The notes under the pieces are model-generated. The model saw only the letters and a program-made list of their open reading frames with translations, did no database searches and had not been told where the DNA came from. A program made the translations under genes and the position numbers. Positions 35,984 to 45,591 of a stretch of DNA of 64,000 bases are shown one piece after another. Every line of letters starts with the position of its first letter. Within the stretch, counting starts at the first letter, position 1. Source of the stretch: Candidatus Omnitrophota bacterium (lineage in GTDB: Bacteria > Omnitrophota > Gorgyraeia > JAGLLT01); NCBI GenBank assembly GCA_030632085.1, contig DAOVJY010000001.1:335402-399401 (forward strand). The letters run 5' to 3'.

Positions 35984-37657
35984 TTACGCTAAGCCTCCCA
36001 TCATCTTATTAATAGCATTACCGGGCGCGACCATAGGAAAAACATTTTCCTCACCTTCAACATGAAAATCAACTAAAACCGGCCCCGGGGTCTTAATAGC
36101 TTCTTTAAGCGCCATGATAACATCTTGTTTCTTGGTAACCTTAATACCTTTAACTCCATAACCTTCAGCTATTTTAACAAAGTCGGGATTTTTTAAAGGT
36201 GTAGATTGATAACGCTTATCATAAAACAACTCCTGCCACTGCCTAACCATTCCCAGGCATGAGTTATTTAGTATTAAAATTTTAACCGGAATCTTATACT
36301 CGGCTACTGTAGCTAACTCCTGAATGTTCATCTGAATGCTGCCGTCACCGGCAATATCAAAAACCAATTTATCAGGACATCCTACCTGAGCGCCAATAGC
36401 TGCCGGAAAGCCATAACCCATAGTTCCCAGGCCGCCGCTGGTTAAAAAAGTACGCGGCCTTATGTGCTGATAAAACTGCGCCGCCCACATCTGATGTTGG
36501 CCAACCTCGGTAGCAATAATAGCCTTACCTTTAGTTAGTTTGTTGAGCTCTTCAATAACATACTGTGGATGCAGCTTATTATCATCTTCATAAGTCAAGG
36601 GATGCGTCTTCTTCCAGCCGTCTATCTGCTTAAGCCATGCGCTGGTATTTGGTTTCTTATTTATTTTCTTATTTAAATCACTTAAAACACTCTTGCAATC
36701 ACCGACTATAGGTATATCAACATCAACGTTCTTACTTATACTTGATGGGTCAATATCAATATGGATTACTTTAGCACTTGGGGCAAATTCATCAATCTTA
36801 CCCGTAACTCTATCATCAAATCTGGAACCTACGGCAATAATCAAATCCGAGTCCATAATCGCGTAATTGGCATAAGCTGAACCATGCATACCCAGCATCT
36901 TTAAAGATAAAGGATGCGCCTCGGGAAAACCGCCTAAACCGGTCAAAGTAGTCGTAACCGGAATACCATTTCTCTCAGCCAGTTTTATTAATTCCTTTTC
37001 AGCTCCGGAAATAATAACTCCGCCGCCGGCATAAATAACAGGACGCCTGCTCTTAGATATCAGTGCCGCCGCCCTTTTTATTTGACCCGGATGCCCCTCA
37101 TATGTCGGATTATAACTTCTTAAATTGAGTTTCTTAGGATAATTAAAATCTATTTCCTCCAAAGTAATATCTTTAGGTAAATCAATTAAAACCGGGCCGG
37201 GCCTGCCGGTTGAAGCAATATAAAACGCCTCTTTTACTATGCGGGCTAAATCCTTAACGTCCTTAACCAGATAATTATGCTTAGTAACCGAGCGGGTAAT
37301 ACCCGTTAAGTCAGCTTCCTGAAAAGCATCGTTTCCAATCATATTGGTATTAACCTGGCCGGTTATAGCCACAATAGGAACAGAATCAAAATTAGCGGTC
37401 GCTAAACCGGTCACTATATTAGTAGCTCCCGGACCGGAAGTCACCATGCAAACCCCAACTTTACCTGTAGCCCTGGCATACCCGTCGGCTGCGTGAGCCG
37501 CCCCCTGTTCATGGCGCGTCAGAAGAAACTGTATCTCCTTACAATCATAGAGCTTATCTAAAACGGGCAACAGACATCCACCCGGTATACCAAAGATAAC
37601 TTCAACATTCTCTTTAATAAGCGAATTAATTAAAATCTGCGCGCCGCTTAGTTTCAT
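35984..37657 (-). CDS. ilvB: Acetolactate synthase large subunit
   Basis: [39 protein letters not shown]. Confidence 0.97.
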   Translation of the reverse strand: MKLSGAQILINSLIKENVEVIFGIPGGCLLPVLDKLYDCKEIQFLLTRHEQGAAHAADGYARATGKVGVCMVTSGPGATNIVTGLATANFDSVPIVAITGQVNTNMIGNDAFQEADLTGITRSVTKHNYLVKDVKDLARIVKEAFYIASTGRPGPVLIDLPKDITLEEIDFNYPKKLNLRSYNPTYEGHPGQIKRAAALISKSRRPVIYAGGGVIISGAEKELIKLAERNGIPVTTTLTGLGGFPEAHPLSLKMLGMHGSAYANYAIMDSDLIIAVGSRFDDRVTGKIDEFAPSAKVIHIDIDPSSISKNVDVDIPIVGDCKSVLSDLNKKINKKPNTSAWLKQIDGWKKTHPLTYEDDNKLHPQYVIEELNKLTKGKAIIATEVGQHQMWAAQFYQHIRPRTFLTSGGLGTMGYGFPAAIGAQVGCPDKLVFDIAGDGSIQMNIQELATVAEYKIPVKILILNNSCLGMVRQWQELFYDKRYQSTPLKNPDFVKIAEGYGVKGIKVTKKQDVIMALKEAIKTPGPVLVDFHVEGEENVFPMVAPGNAINKMMGGLA

Positions 37658-37695
37658 TTTAATACTCCTAATTTAATTTTGCCCTAAAAAATTAT

Positions 37696-37717
37696 ATAAC
37701 CGCCAAAAAGCGGTTAT
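37696..37717 (-). terminator. Hairpin in the ilvB leader (possible attenuator or terminator)
   Basis: ATAACCGC-6 nt-GCGGTTAT stem between the promoter and the ilvB RBS; T-rich tract a few nt downstream on the minus strand. Confidence 0.45.
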
Positions 37718-37755
37718 TAATAAATAAAGCTATATTATTAAATGATTTATATTTA

Positions 37756-37783
37756 ATTATATCATAAGCTTTTTTGATGTCAA
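37756..37783 (-). promoter_or_regulatory. Sigma70 promoter of the ilvBN-ilvC-leuA operon
   Basis: TTGACA-16 nt-TATAAT with extended -10 TG. Confidence 0.7.
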
Positions 37784-37879
37784 GAACACCTTTTGCTTTA
37801 GTTATTTGATTAAAAGTGCAAAACATTCAAGGCATTCCGCACTAACAAACTTGATATTTAGTCTTTATTAAGGTAAAGT

Positions 37880-40800
37880 ATGAACATTATGGAAAATCTA
37901 TGGGTTTATATATTAACGATAATAATTTACCTTACTTATCCTTGTCTCGGCTATGCCGAATGCAACAGAACCTTACTTATTGCCGATTTCGACAAATGCT
38001 CTAATTTCAATTATCTTCATGGCCAAATGGGAGGAGATACAAAAGCACCCGGTACATGCAACTCTTCTTTTATTACAAATCCCACTGATGTCTATGGCGG
38101 TGGAGGAAGCTCATTAAAATTGGATTTTGATGTTACTCTCTCCGATACTTATTCATTCTTTTGGTGCAAACTAGGGCCAAAAATTTCAGATTTATCTAAC
38201 GCTACTGAATATCTTGATTTATCCTCATACAAATATTTATCATTCTACGTAAAAGGATTAAAAGGGAATGAAATTTTCAAAATTGAAATGCATCAAGACG
38301 TAGATAATAACCATATTTTTAATTTCGATAAAGACATTGCAAGCTCGGTCTATGCTCCGGTTTATTTAAAAAAATGTATTACAAGCAATTGGCAAAAGGT
38401 AATTGTTCCTTTGGAAGATTTTACAAAGTTAAAAGATAAAACAAAAATGCTTGAGATAGTTTTTGTTTTTGAGAATAGCTTCAATAAAGAAAACCCGAAA
38501 AGTTCCGTTTTTGTCGATAATTTTATTTTAGGTACAGCTTTTATCCTTAATGACAAAGAAGCGCCGCGCTCACCGCTCAGAAACAGTTTTAAAGTCAACA
38601 ATAAACTCTTAAAAGACGGAATATCATTTAAACCTCCGGTTCACCTGCAGGTAGAAGCCCTTAGCTCTTCAGATGATAACTCCTTAGAAAATATCCGCTT
38701 TATGTTTAAACATCCTGCCGCAGATTATTACAGAACCATAGGATATGATTATGATACCGATGATAATATATACAATATAACTTGGCCCGCGGCTAATCTG
38801 GCAACTGATAAAACATATATCATACAAGCTGAAGCGGAAGACGCGGCCGGTAACAAAACCAAGATGATATTTCCTATAAAAAAATGTAGACTGCACCCTT
38901 TAACCGATAGTGAATTTCTGAATATTTTAAGTAAAACGGCTTTTAATTACTTCCTTGATTATCAAGATGATGAAACAGGTTTGATATCGGATAATTCACA
39001 GGGAGGATACGCAAGTATTGCCGCGACCGGATTCGGATTGGCTGCTTATACCATTGGAGCTGAGCGCGGCTGGATAGAAAAAGAAGAAGCGGAATTAAGA
39101 ATTATTAAAACCCTTGATACTTTCTTAGGAAATCCTCAAGACGCAAACGATATTCTCGCCCAAGGAAAAGACGGTTTTTTCTATCACTTTTTAGATATGA
39201 ACACCGCCAAGAGAGCCGGAGATTGTGAAATCTCTATTATCGATACCGCCCTACTTGCCTGCGGAGCTTTAACAGCCGGTGAATACTTTGGCGGAGAAAT
39301 AAAAGTAAAAGCGGAAGAACTTTATAAAAACATCAATTGGCAAAGTTTCTACGATAAAGATAAAGGCTTGTTTTACATGGGCTGGTCACCTGAAAAAGGA
39401 TACTTTGATAGATATTGGAACTTTTTTACTGATGAAGTTATTATAATTAGTCTCTTAGCCGTTGGCTCACCTACTTATCCTGTTGAACCTTCAAGTTACT
39501 ATGCCTTTAAAAGAAAAGAAGGAAGCTATAAAGATATTGGGCCTTTCATCTATTCATTCAATGGAACTTTGTTCTGTCATCAATACGCCCATGCTTGGTT
39601 CTATCTTAAAGATATGCGAGACAAAAAAGGCGTTAACTGGTGGAAGAATTCATATCTGGCTACCTTAGCCAACAGGCAATTCTGTATAGATAATTCCTCC
39701 GCTTATAAAACTTATGAGCTTGACTCCTGGTGCATATCCTCCTTTTACCTCCCCGAGGCATACACTATGCATTTTGGAAGCCCGCCTTGCGGTCAAAACA
39801 CGCCCATGCACAATGGTACCGTTTCGCCTGTAGGTGTAGCCGGTTCAATAGTTTTTACACCCAGAGAATCTTTCTCTACTTTAGAAAATTTCTTTATAAA
39901 CTATCCTAACCTTTGGGGCCATTATGGCTTAAAGAATTCATTCAACTTAGACAGAGGCTTCTATGCGCCTGTTTATTATGGTATAGACAGAGGCCTTATG
40001 CTCTTGATGCTGGAGAACTTCAAAGACGGTTTTATCTGGACCTCGTTTATGAAGAATGAATATATACAAAATGCTTTAAATAAAGCCGGATTTAAGCGGG
40101 TAGAAGAAGATAAAACAATAGCAGAACCCCAAAAAGATTATCTTGGACTAATCGAATCACTAAAAAAACAGGTGAAATCAATTAAAGATAAAAATCAAAA
40201 GGCGCTTCTTCATTATATGATAGCCGAAAGTTACATAAAATACTTAGAATCATTAAGGCAAAATGATCTTAATAAATTCAGGCTCTATATTAAAGTAAAT
40301 GATATTTATTATGAACATGCCTTAAAACATCTTGATTGCGCTCTACAGCTAACCTCTGATGAAGGCCTCACAATAGACAGCCTATTAGATAAACTTATAA
40401 TTTATCATCTTGAATTTAAGAATAAACAAAAGGAAGAGGCATTTACTGAGTTAAAACAAAGTATAAATACATACCTAATGGGCGGAGTTGACCGCTCATT
40501 TAAACTAAACCGGATAACCTCTAATCTACATCAGTTCGGCTTAGAAGAATACGCTTTAAAACTCCAAATGGATAATATAAGACAATTGCCAAATTATGAG
40601 GCAAAAGAAGCCTTAAATAATATGAAAAAGAAAGCAGATGGCTATTTAAAAAAAGAAAAAATAACCGAAGCGGAAGCTATCTATAAACAGTACCTAAGAC
40701 TATCAAAGGAATACTACCCGGAAAAAAAAATACCTTTATTCTATCAGGATATTGCTGACGAGTATTATAAAGTGGAAAAATATCAAACAGCTTTAAAATA

Positions 40801-41236
40801 TTATAATTATATTATTGATAATCTCTCAAACTATAAAGGATTAGATAAAATTCAACTAAGGATTGCTTTATGTTATAAAGAAAATAGAAACTATGAAAAC
40901 GCGATTCGGGCGTATGAGAAATTTATTAAGATGTATCCTGATAGTTCAGATATCAATCAGGCGTATCTGGATTTATCAGAAGCATATTATATAAAGTATA
41001 AATCTCAAAAAGCTATATCACATCTTGAAGAACTCTTAAGTTCGGCTCCCCAAAAAGCTATACCGGATATCCGTGTTAACATTGCTAAGATTTATTATAA
41101 TATGAAAGAATTAGATAAAGCGAAGAAAGGGTTTGAAGAGATCATCAGATTATATCCGGATAATCCTCTATCATCTGTAGCTCAAAAGTACATTAAAAAG
41201 ATTAACAACGCGGAAATGAATACTAGGAAGAATTAA
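37880..41236 (+). CDS. Secreted multidomain protein: CBM-like + Ig-like + glycoamylase (GH144-like) + TPR repeats
   Basis: Signal peptide; YLSFYVKG..G.E/WQKVIVPL.DF galactose-binding-like domain; SIAATGFGLAA..IGAERGWI, GFFYHF.D, S.IDTALL, LF.HQY.H.W, GID.G; C-terminal TPRs (YEKFIKMYPDS). Confidence 0.8.
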   Translation: MNIMENLWVYILTIIIYLTYPCLGYAECNRTLLIADFDKCSNFNYLHGQMGGDTKAPGTCNSSFITNPTDVYGGGGSSLKLDFDVTLSDTYSFFWCKLGPKISDLSNATEYLDLSSYKYLSFYVKGLKGNEIFKIEMHQDVDNNHIFNFDKDIASSVYAPVYLKKCITSNWQKVIVPLEDFTKLKDKTKMLEIVFVFENSFNKENPKSSVFVDNFILGTAFILNDKEAPRSPLRNSFKVNNKLLKDGISFKPPVHLQVEALSSSDDNSLENIRFMFKHPAADYYRTIGYDYDTDDNIYNITWPAANLATDKTYIIQAEAEDAAGNKTKMIFPIKKCRLHPLTDSEFLNILSKTAFNYFLDYQDDETGLISDNSQGGYASIAATGFGLAAYTIGAERGWIEKEEAELRIIKTLDTFLGNPQDANDILAQGKDGFFYHFLDMNTAKRAGDCEISIIDTALLACGALTAGEYFGGEIKVKAEELYKNINWQSFYDKDKGLFYMGWSPEKGYFDRYWNFFTDEVIIISLLAVGSPTYPVEPSSYYAFKRKEGSYKDIGPFIYSFNGTLFCHQYAHAWFYLKDMRDKKGVNWWKNSYLATLANRQFCIDNSSAYKTYELDSWCISSFYLPEAYTMHFGSPPCGQNTPMHNGTVSPVGVAGSIVFTPRESFSTLENFFINYPNLWGHYGLKNSFNLDRGFYAPVYYGIDRGLMLLMLENFKDGFIWTSFMKNEYIQNALNKAGFKRVEEDKTIAEPQKDYLGLIESLKKQVKSIKDKNQKALLHYMIAESYIKYLESLRQNDLNKFRLYIKVNDIYYEHALKHLDCALQLTSDEGLTIDSLLDKLIIYHLEFKNKQKEEAFTELKQSINTYLMGGVDRSFKLNRITSNLHQFGLEEYALKLQMDNIRQLPNYEAKEALNNMKKKADGYLKKEKITEAEAIYKQYLRLSKEYYPEKKIPLFYQDIADEYYKVEKYQTALKYYNYIIDNLSNYKGLDKIQLRIALCYKENRNYENAIRAYEKFIKMYPDSSDINQAYLDLSEAYYIKYKSQKAISHLEELLSSAPQKAIPDIRVNIAKIYYNMKELDKAKKGFEEIIRLYPDNPLSSVAQKYIKKINNAEMNTRKN

Positions 41237-41262
41237 TTTTAGATTATTTATAGATTTATTAT

Positions 41263-42066
41263 TTAACAGCCATGATCTTTATGCAATTGTTTTAACTTTG
41301 CTTTCGCTTTAGTTATCTTAGTTTTCATAGCCGAAATCTCTGATTTTAGTTTTTCAATCTCCCCGCAGTCCATTTCACCGGCAAGTTCTGACTCAAGACT
41401 TTCAAGTTTACCTTTAAGGTCTTTTATTTCGTCTTTTTTGAGTTCGATTTTTTGTTCAAGTTTCTTGAGTTCTTCTTGTTTTTTTTGCAATAAATCTTTT
41501 GCATCTTTAAGTTCCTTCTTTTTATCCTTCCACGTTTTTTTAGCTACTTTCTTCCGTAATTTTAACACATCTTTGTTAAATGTAAGTTTTTCTAGTTCTT
41601 TTCCTAATTCTTCAAGTCTTTTCTCTAATTTCTCAATTTCCTTCCTCATAACATTCAACTTTTTAGTCCAAGGAAGCCGCTTAGCCACAAATCTATCAAT
41701 AGCTTCTTGAACCCAAGGAGCCCATGGTTGGGCAAGGTATCTTAATTTTGTTATCTTAGTTGACAACTCCGTTATTATTCTAACTATGGGATTGCATGCT
41801 TTTTCCAAGTTATGTATCTTTGCAGCTACTCTGCCACCTTCTAAAGCGTTGTCATAAATATTTTTCTCAATCTTTTCAAGTTCATCTGAGATATCTTTAT
41901 ATTTACTATATAACTCTTTTTCTTGTTTTTCTAAAATCGGAATTTGTTCTTTTAATTTACTTATCTCATTTTCCACACAAGCATAGCTCCCAATTAAAGA
42001 ATTTAAACTAAAAAAAAGTATCAAAATAATAGTAGTTATATTCTTTAATTTTCTCGATATAATCAT
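41263..42066 (-). CDS. Secreted coiled-coil hypothetical protein
   Basis: Signal-like N-terminus, long K/E heptad pattern, 4 Cys. Confidence 0.7.
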   Translation of the reverse strand: MIISRKLKNITTIILILFFSLNSLIGSYACVENEISKLKEQIPILEKQEKELYSKYKDISDELEKIEKNIYDNALEGGRVAAKIHNLEKACNPIVRIITELSTKITKLRYLAQPWAPWVQEAIDRFVAKRLPWTKKLNVMRKEIEKLEKRLEELGKELEKLTFNKDVLKLRKKVAKKTWKDKKKELKDAKDLLQKKQEELKKLEQKIELKKDEIKDLKGKLESLESELAGEMDCGEIEKLKSEISAMKTKITKAKAKLKQLHKDHGC

Positions 42067-42073
42067 AAGCTAT

Positions 42074-42973
42074 TTACCTTAAGGTTGTAATAATATCAAT
42101 ATTGGTAATCTGTTCCTTAGTTTTTACTTCTACATTCTCTCTTGAACCAATCTCTTTTCCATCACTTGCAAAAACTATTATTTGATATGTGTCTTCTGTC
42201 AATTTTTCAATTTTATACTTACCGTTTTTATCTGATAAACTATCCCGACCTTCCCCTTTTTTGCCGAATGTAAATACCGATACGCCACTAACAGGAGTTT
42301 TGCCGTCAGATTTTAAAACTTTACCCGATATGGAACCATACTTTTCAGGTTCAGATATGATTATATTAACATCTGTAAGAATAGTATCTTTTTTTATTTC
42401 TATGTTTTCCTTTATGCCTAAAGTTTTTCCTTTTCTTATTGCAAACAATCTATAAATACCTTCGGGTAGGTTTTCTATTTTATAAACCCCATTTACATCA
42501 CTAAATGCACTATCTGCATAGTCGCTATCCAATTTCTTAATAATCAGCCATATGCCACTATCAGAAGTTTTACCATCTGCCTTTAGAACTCTACCAGATA
42601 TGGAATTGGGTTTAGTTAATATAAAATTTACATCCTTAGTCTCTTCTCCTGTTTGTATAACTACATCTTTTTTAATAATAGTTACAAAGCCTTCTTCCTC
42701 TACCTCTAACTGATATGTACCTGGAGCTAATCTTCTGATTTTATAAAAACCGTCTGCATTGGTTTCATCTATATCAAGTGGTTTTTTACCTTCTTTATCT
42801 TTTACTTCAACATAAACTCCTTTAATTCCAGTTATTTCGTTTTCTATTGTAACCTTACCGCTTATTGAGCCAAATATGTCCTTTTGCTCTTCAGCGAAAG
42901 ATGTCTTTATTATTAAACACATTCCTATAATTGTAAGTAACAATAACGGTACAATATACATCTTCTTAAACAT
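42074..42973 (-). CDS. Secreted protein with three carboxypeptidase-regulatory-like (prealbumin-fold) repeats
   Basis: Three repeats of GSISG.V...G.Y.I..L..G.Y; signal peptide. Confidence 0.85.
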   Translation of the reverse strand: MFKKMYIVPLLLLTIIGMCLIIKTSFAEEQKDIFGSISGKVTIENEITGIKGVYVEVKDKEGKKPLDIDETNADGFYKIRRLAPGTYQLEVEEEGFVTIIKKDVVIQTGEETKDVNFILTKPNSISGRVLKADGKTSDSGIWLIIKKLDSDYADSAFSDVNGVYKIENLPEGIYRLFAIRKGKTLGIKENIEIKKDTILTDVNIIISEPEKYGSISGKVLKSDGKTPVSGVSVFTFGKKGEGRDSLSDKNGKYKIEKLTEDTYQIIVFASDGKEIGSRENVEVKTKEQITNIDIITTLR

Positions 42974-43487
42974 TTTGAATCTCCATGTTTTTTTGTTTCT
43001 TTGATATTATTAAAGCTATATATACAAAATAAATCCAAAAAGCTACAATAAGAAAACCTATTATATAAATTTGTATATTAGGTCCATTAGCGAAAATAGT
43101 AGAATACATCAATGCCAGAATTAGGCCAGTTGTAAAAATAGAGTATATTTTGGCTAATTCCTTATTTTTCTTCCTCATTTGTTTCATCTGCAACCACTCC
43201 TCTTTTATTATAAGGAATCTGATGACAAAAATTACGGCAAGTACTGCTATAAATAAGAACAAAGGATGGTAGTCAGGAACCCGAATATCTGACAGGCGAG
43301 ATAAATAAACCTGTAACATTATCGTTATTATAGGTGAAAATAGCACAAGCGAACTATAAATGATAAATTGAACTGGTTTTTGCTCTCTTAATTTATTTGC
43401 CTTACGCTTAAAGACAAAAGCTGCCAATAGTGGAATAATTAGAATACTTAATATTAATAATGTATTGCTAACATATACTTTATTCAT
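42966..43487 (-). CDS. Hypothetical membrane protein (about 5 TM)
   Basis: Hydrophobic segments; RBS GGAGG; overlaps the next gene. Confidence 0.7.
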   Translation of the reverse strand: MNKVYVSNTLLILSILIIPLLAAFVFKRKANKLREQKPVQFIIYSSLVLFSPIITIMLQVYLSRLSDIRVPDYHPLFLFIAVLAVIFVIRFLIIKEEWLQMKQMRKKNKELAKIYSIFTTGLILALMYSTIFANGPNIQIYIIGFLIVAFWIYFVYIALIISKKQKNMEIQNV

Positions 43488-43564
43488 TTTTTGCCTCCAC
43501 TTAATGAAACTGTCTATCTTATTATTAAAATATCATAAAAACTACTTAACGTCAATGTGCTTTT
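43480..43564 (-). repeat. 85-bp direct repeat, copy 1 (promoter + RBS + start codon)
   Basis: 79/85 identical to 44411-44495; contains TTGACG...TATGAT, GGAGG and ATGAATAA. Confidence 0.85.
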
Positions 43565-43661
43565 ATGTGGAAGTTTCATCTTTTAAAAAAATACATCCAT
43601 AAGAGCAAAAACTAATATTTTTCTAATTTCATCTTTAATATCAACTTTCTATTTTGTAATG

Positions 43662-44360
43662 CTACCATTTATTTACCATCCAAAGATAAACAATCCCGCC
43701 CAATACAAAAGATATCAATAAAATCAGTAAATTGAATCCTAAAGCTCTAACTTGTTTCTTTTTGTTAAATAAGGTGAGCTTATTAAATGTAAGTACCATA
43801 CCTAAAAAAAATAGCACGCAAAATAGTCCAATAATTAAAGAAGATGTAATAGTGGAAAGTATGGTAAGCACGCAGGTAAGAAAAACTCCAACAATGATAG
43901 AGAATAGCACAATATAGATTAAATACAGAAAGGTCAATTTTTTTTCAGTTAAACTCATATTGAAATAGCCAATAAAAAAATTAGCAACAGGAACTAAAAA
44001 TACAAATGGAATAACCACAAATGTTGCTATTTTTGCTAGAACATCAAAATAATGCGGGTAGCTTTTCTCTCCTAATATCACAAAAAATGAGCTTAAGAGC
44101 AGAAGGAAAAATAGTGAGCAAAGTGCACTTTTAACTTTAATCTTATTACTATCTTCAGATGTTATGAAAAATTTATTTATCATGTAAAACCGCCGAAAAA
44201 CTATTAAAAAAAATATAGAAATACTCAAATAATCAGGATTAACTTCACAAAACAACCAACTAAAAAAGAAGATAAGCATAGATATAGTAGTAAAAAACGC
44301 GGTAAGGAACCAACATTTTCTTCTTTGATTTTTATCTTTAAATTCTAATTTCTTAGGCAT
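43662..44360 (-). CDS. Hypothetical membrane protein (about 7 TM)
   Basis: Very hydrophobic 232-aa ORF. Confidence 0.65.
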   Translation of the reverse strand: MPKKLEFKDKNQRRKCWFLTAFFTTISMLIFFFSWLFCEVNPDYLSISIFFLIVFRRFYMINKFFITSEDSNKIKVKSALCSLFFLLLLSSFFVILGEKSYPHYFDVLAKIATFVVIPFVFLVPVANFFIGYFNMSLTEKKLTFLYLIYIVLFSIIVGVFLTCVLTILSTITSSLIIGLFCVLFFLGMVLTFNKLTLFNKKKQVRALGFNLLILLISFVLGGIVYLWMVNKW

Positions 44361-44410
44361 AAATTATCTTTTCCTTATTTCACATAGTAAATACTATAAT
44401 GAAAAACCAA

Positions 44411-44495
44411 TTATTCATTTTTAGCCTCCACTTAATGAAACTATCTATCTTACTATTAAAATATCACAAAAACTACTCAACATCAATGTGCTTTT
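44411..44495 (-). repeat. 85-bp direct repeat, copy 2
   Basis: 79/85 identical to 43480-43564; its ATG opens only a 12-codon ORF. Confidence 0.85.
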
Positions 44496-44556
44496 GGATA
44501 AAAGTGCGTTTAATTCCGGTAATTCCGGGGGGTAATTCCGGGGACACAATACTTAA

Positions 44557-45228
44557 TTATTTAATTCCTGTTATTTTTTCTTTGGGCCCTGGTTTTTTCT
44601 TTTTCAATCTTACGCTCAATAACTTCTCAAGTTCTTCAATAAACACTTTGCTCCCTAATGGCCTACCGGTTCGCTCGTGAAGTTTAAGCATATTGGTATC
44701 GTTTGTATGCAATTCTTCCTGTAAGAAAGCGCACCAATCATCTATCATCCCTTTTAGAAGAGCATCTTTTACTAAAAAACTTTTTTCTATTCCTAAATGA
44801 TGTTTAATGCTGGACCACTTATAATCTTCCGGTGTTTTAACAATGTTTGCCTTTACAGGGTTAAGAAGAATATATCTAACAGCTCTTAAAAGATAAAATT
44901 CGTCTAAAAGATAAGAATTGAATCTTCCTTGCCAAAGATATCCGCGCCAATTTTCTCTGAAATTAATCATTCTGGTATAATTGCGATGTGTCTCCCCTAT
45001 TGCCTTGGCAAGGCTATTACTGTTCTCAGGAATGGCGATAATGTGGACATGGTTTGGCATTAAACAATAGGATAATATCTTTAACTTGAATTTATTAGAA
45101 TACTTACCGAGAAGGCGAAGATACTCCTGGTAGTCTATCTTTGAGAAGAAAACTTCTTGCCTGCGATTTCCCCTCTGGATAATGTGGTATGGAAAATTGG
45201 GCGCCGCTATACGCGCTATCCTTGCCAT
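44557..45228 (-). CDS. REP-associated tyrosine (Y1 HUH) transposase-like protein
   Basis: MARIAR, HIIQRGNRRQ.VF, YCLMPNHVH (HUH), GYLWQGRF, RYILLNPVKA, Y.WSS. Confidence 0.92.
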   Translation of the reverse strand: MARIARIAAPNFPYHIIQRGNRRQEVFFSKIDYQEYLRLLGKYSNKFKLKILSYCLMPNHVHIIAIPENSNSLAKAIGETHRNYTRMINFRENWRGYLWQGRFNSYLLDEFYLLRAVRYILLNPVKANIVKTPEDYKWSSIKHHLGIEKSFLVKDALLKGMIDDWCAFLQEELHTNDTNMLKLHERTGRPLGSKVFIEELEKLLSVRLKKKKPGPKEKITGIK

Positions 45229-45239
45229 AATTAACTTTT

Positions 45240-45268
45240 ATTATATTCTAGAATAGCATCATTGTCAA
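45240..45268 (-). promoter_or_regulatory. Sigma70 promoter of the transposase, with -35 overlapping the TIR
   Basis: TTGACA-17 nt-TATAAT. Confidence 0.7.
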
Positions 45269-45299
45269 TTAAGTATTGTGTCCCCGGAATTAGGAATTT

Positions 45300-45488
45300 A
45301 AGATGGATGTGATTACTCATAAAACAATAACTATAAATTTTACAGTTCGTTTTCTCTTTAGCTCTTCTTAAACATTCAATAAAAAAACGCTTATCCTTAT
45401 CAACATAAAAGATAGCGTTTCTATTATTTCCGCGCAAAATAATGTGATGCGGATATCCTATTAGAACTATTCTATTTTTCCTTGACAT
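45300..45488 (-). pseudogene. Truncated second RAYT-like transposase (5' part only)
   Basis: HHIILRGNNR..IF, YCFMSNHIHL, then the frame runs into the TIR of the other element (IPGTQYLI). Confidence 0.85.
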
Positions 45489-45518
45489 AATTGCAGTATA
45501 ATTTTAAAATATCCTCCT

Positions 45519-45543
45519 TGTCAAGAAAAATCACTCTGACCCC
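45519..45543 (-). repeat. Terminal repeat of the truncated RAYT-like element, containing a -35 box
   Basis: GGGGTCAGAGTGATTTTTCTTGACA, then TATACT 18 nt later and the ATG at 45488. Confidence 0.6.
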
Positions 45544-45591
45544 TTTTTTTTACTTTTTTTTAATATTTGTACGAATTAACACTTATCTCTT

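Larger units (their letters stand above)
44533..45292 (-). mobile_element. RAYT/TnpA-Y1-like element bounded by perfect 26-bp terminal inverted repeats
   Basis: TAATTCCGGGGACACAATACTTAATT at 44533-44558 and its exact reverse complement at 45267-45292 enclose a single transposase gene. Confidence 0.85.

Noticed and set aside
44399-44680. 93-aa plus-strand ORF containing NSGDTILN
   Set aside because: Read-through of the 85-bp repeat, the TIR and the antisense strand of the transposase.
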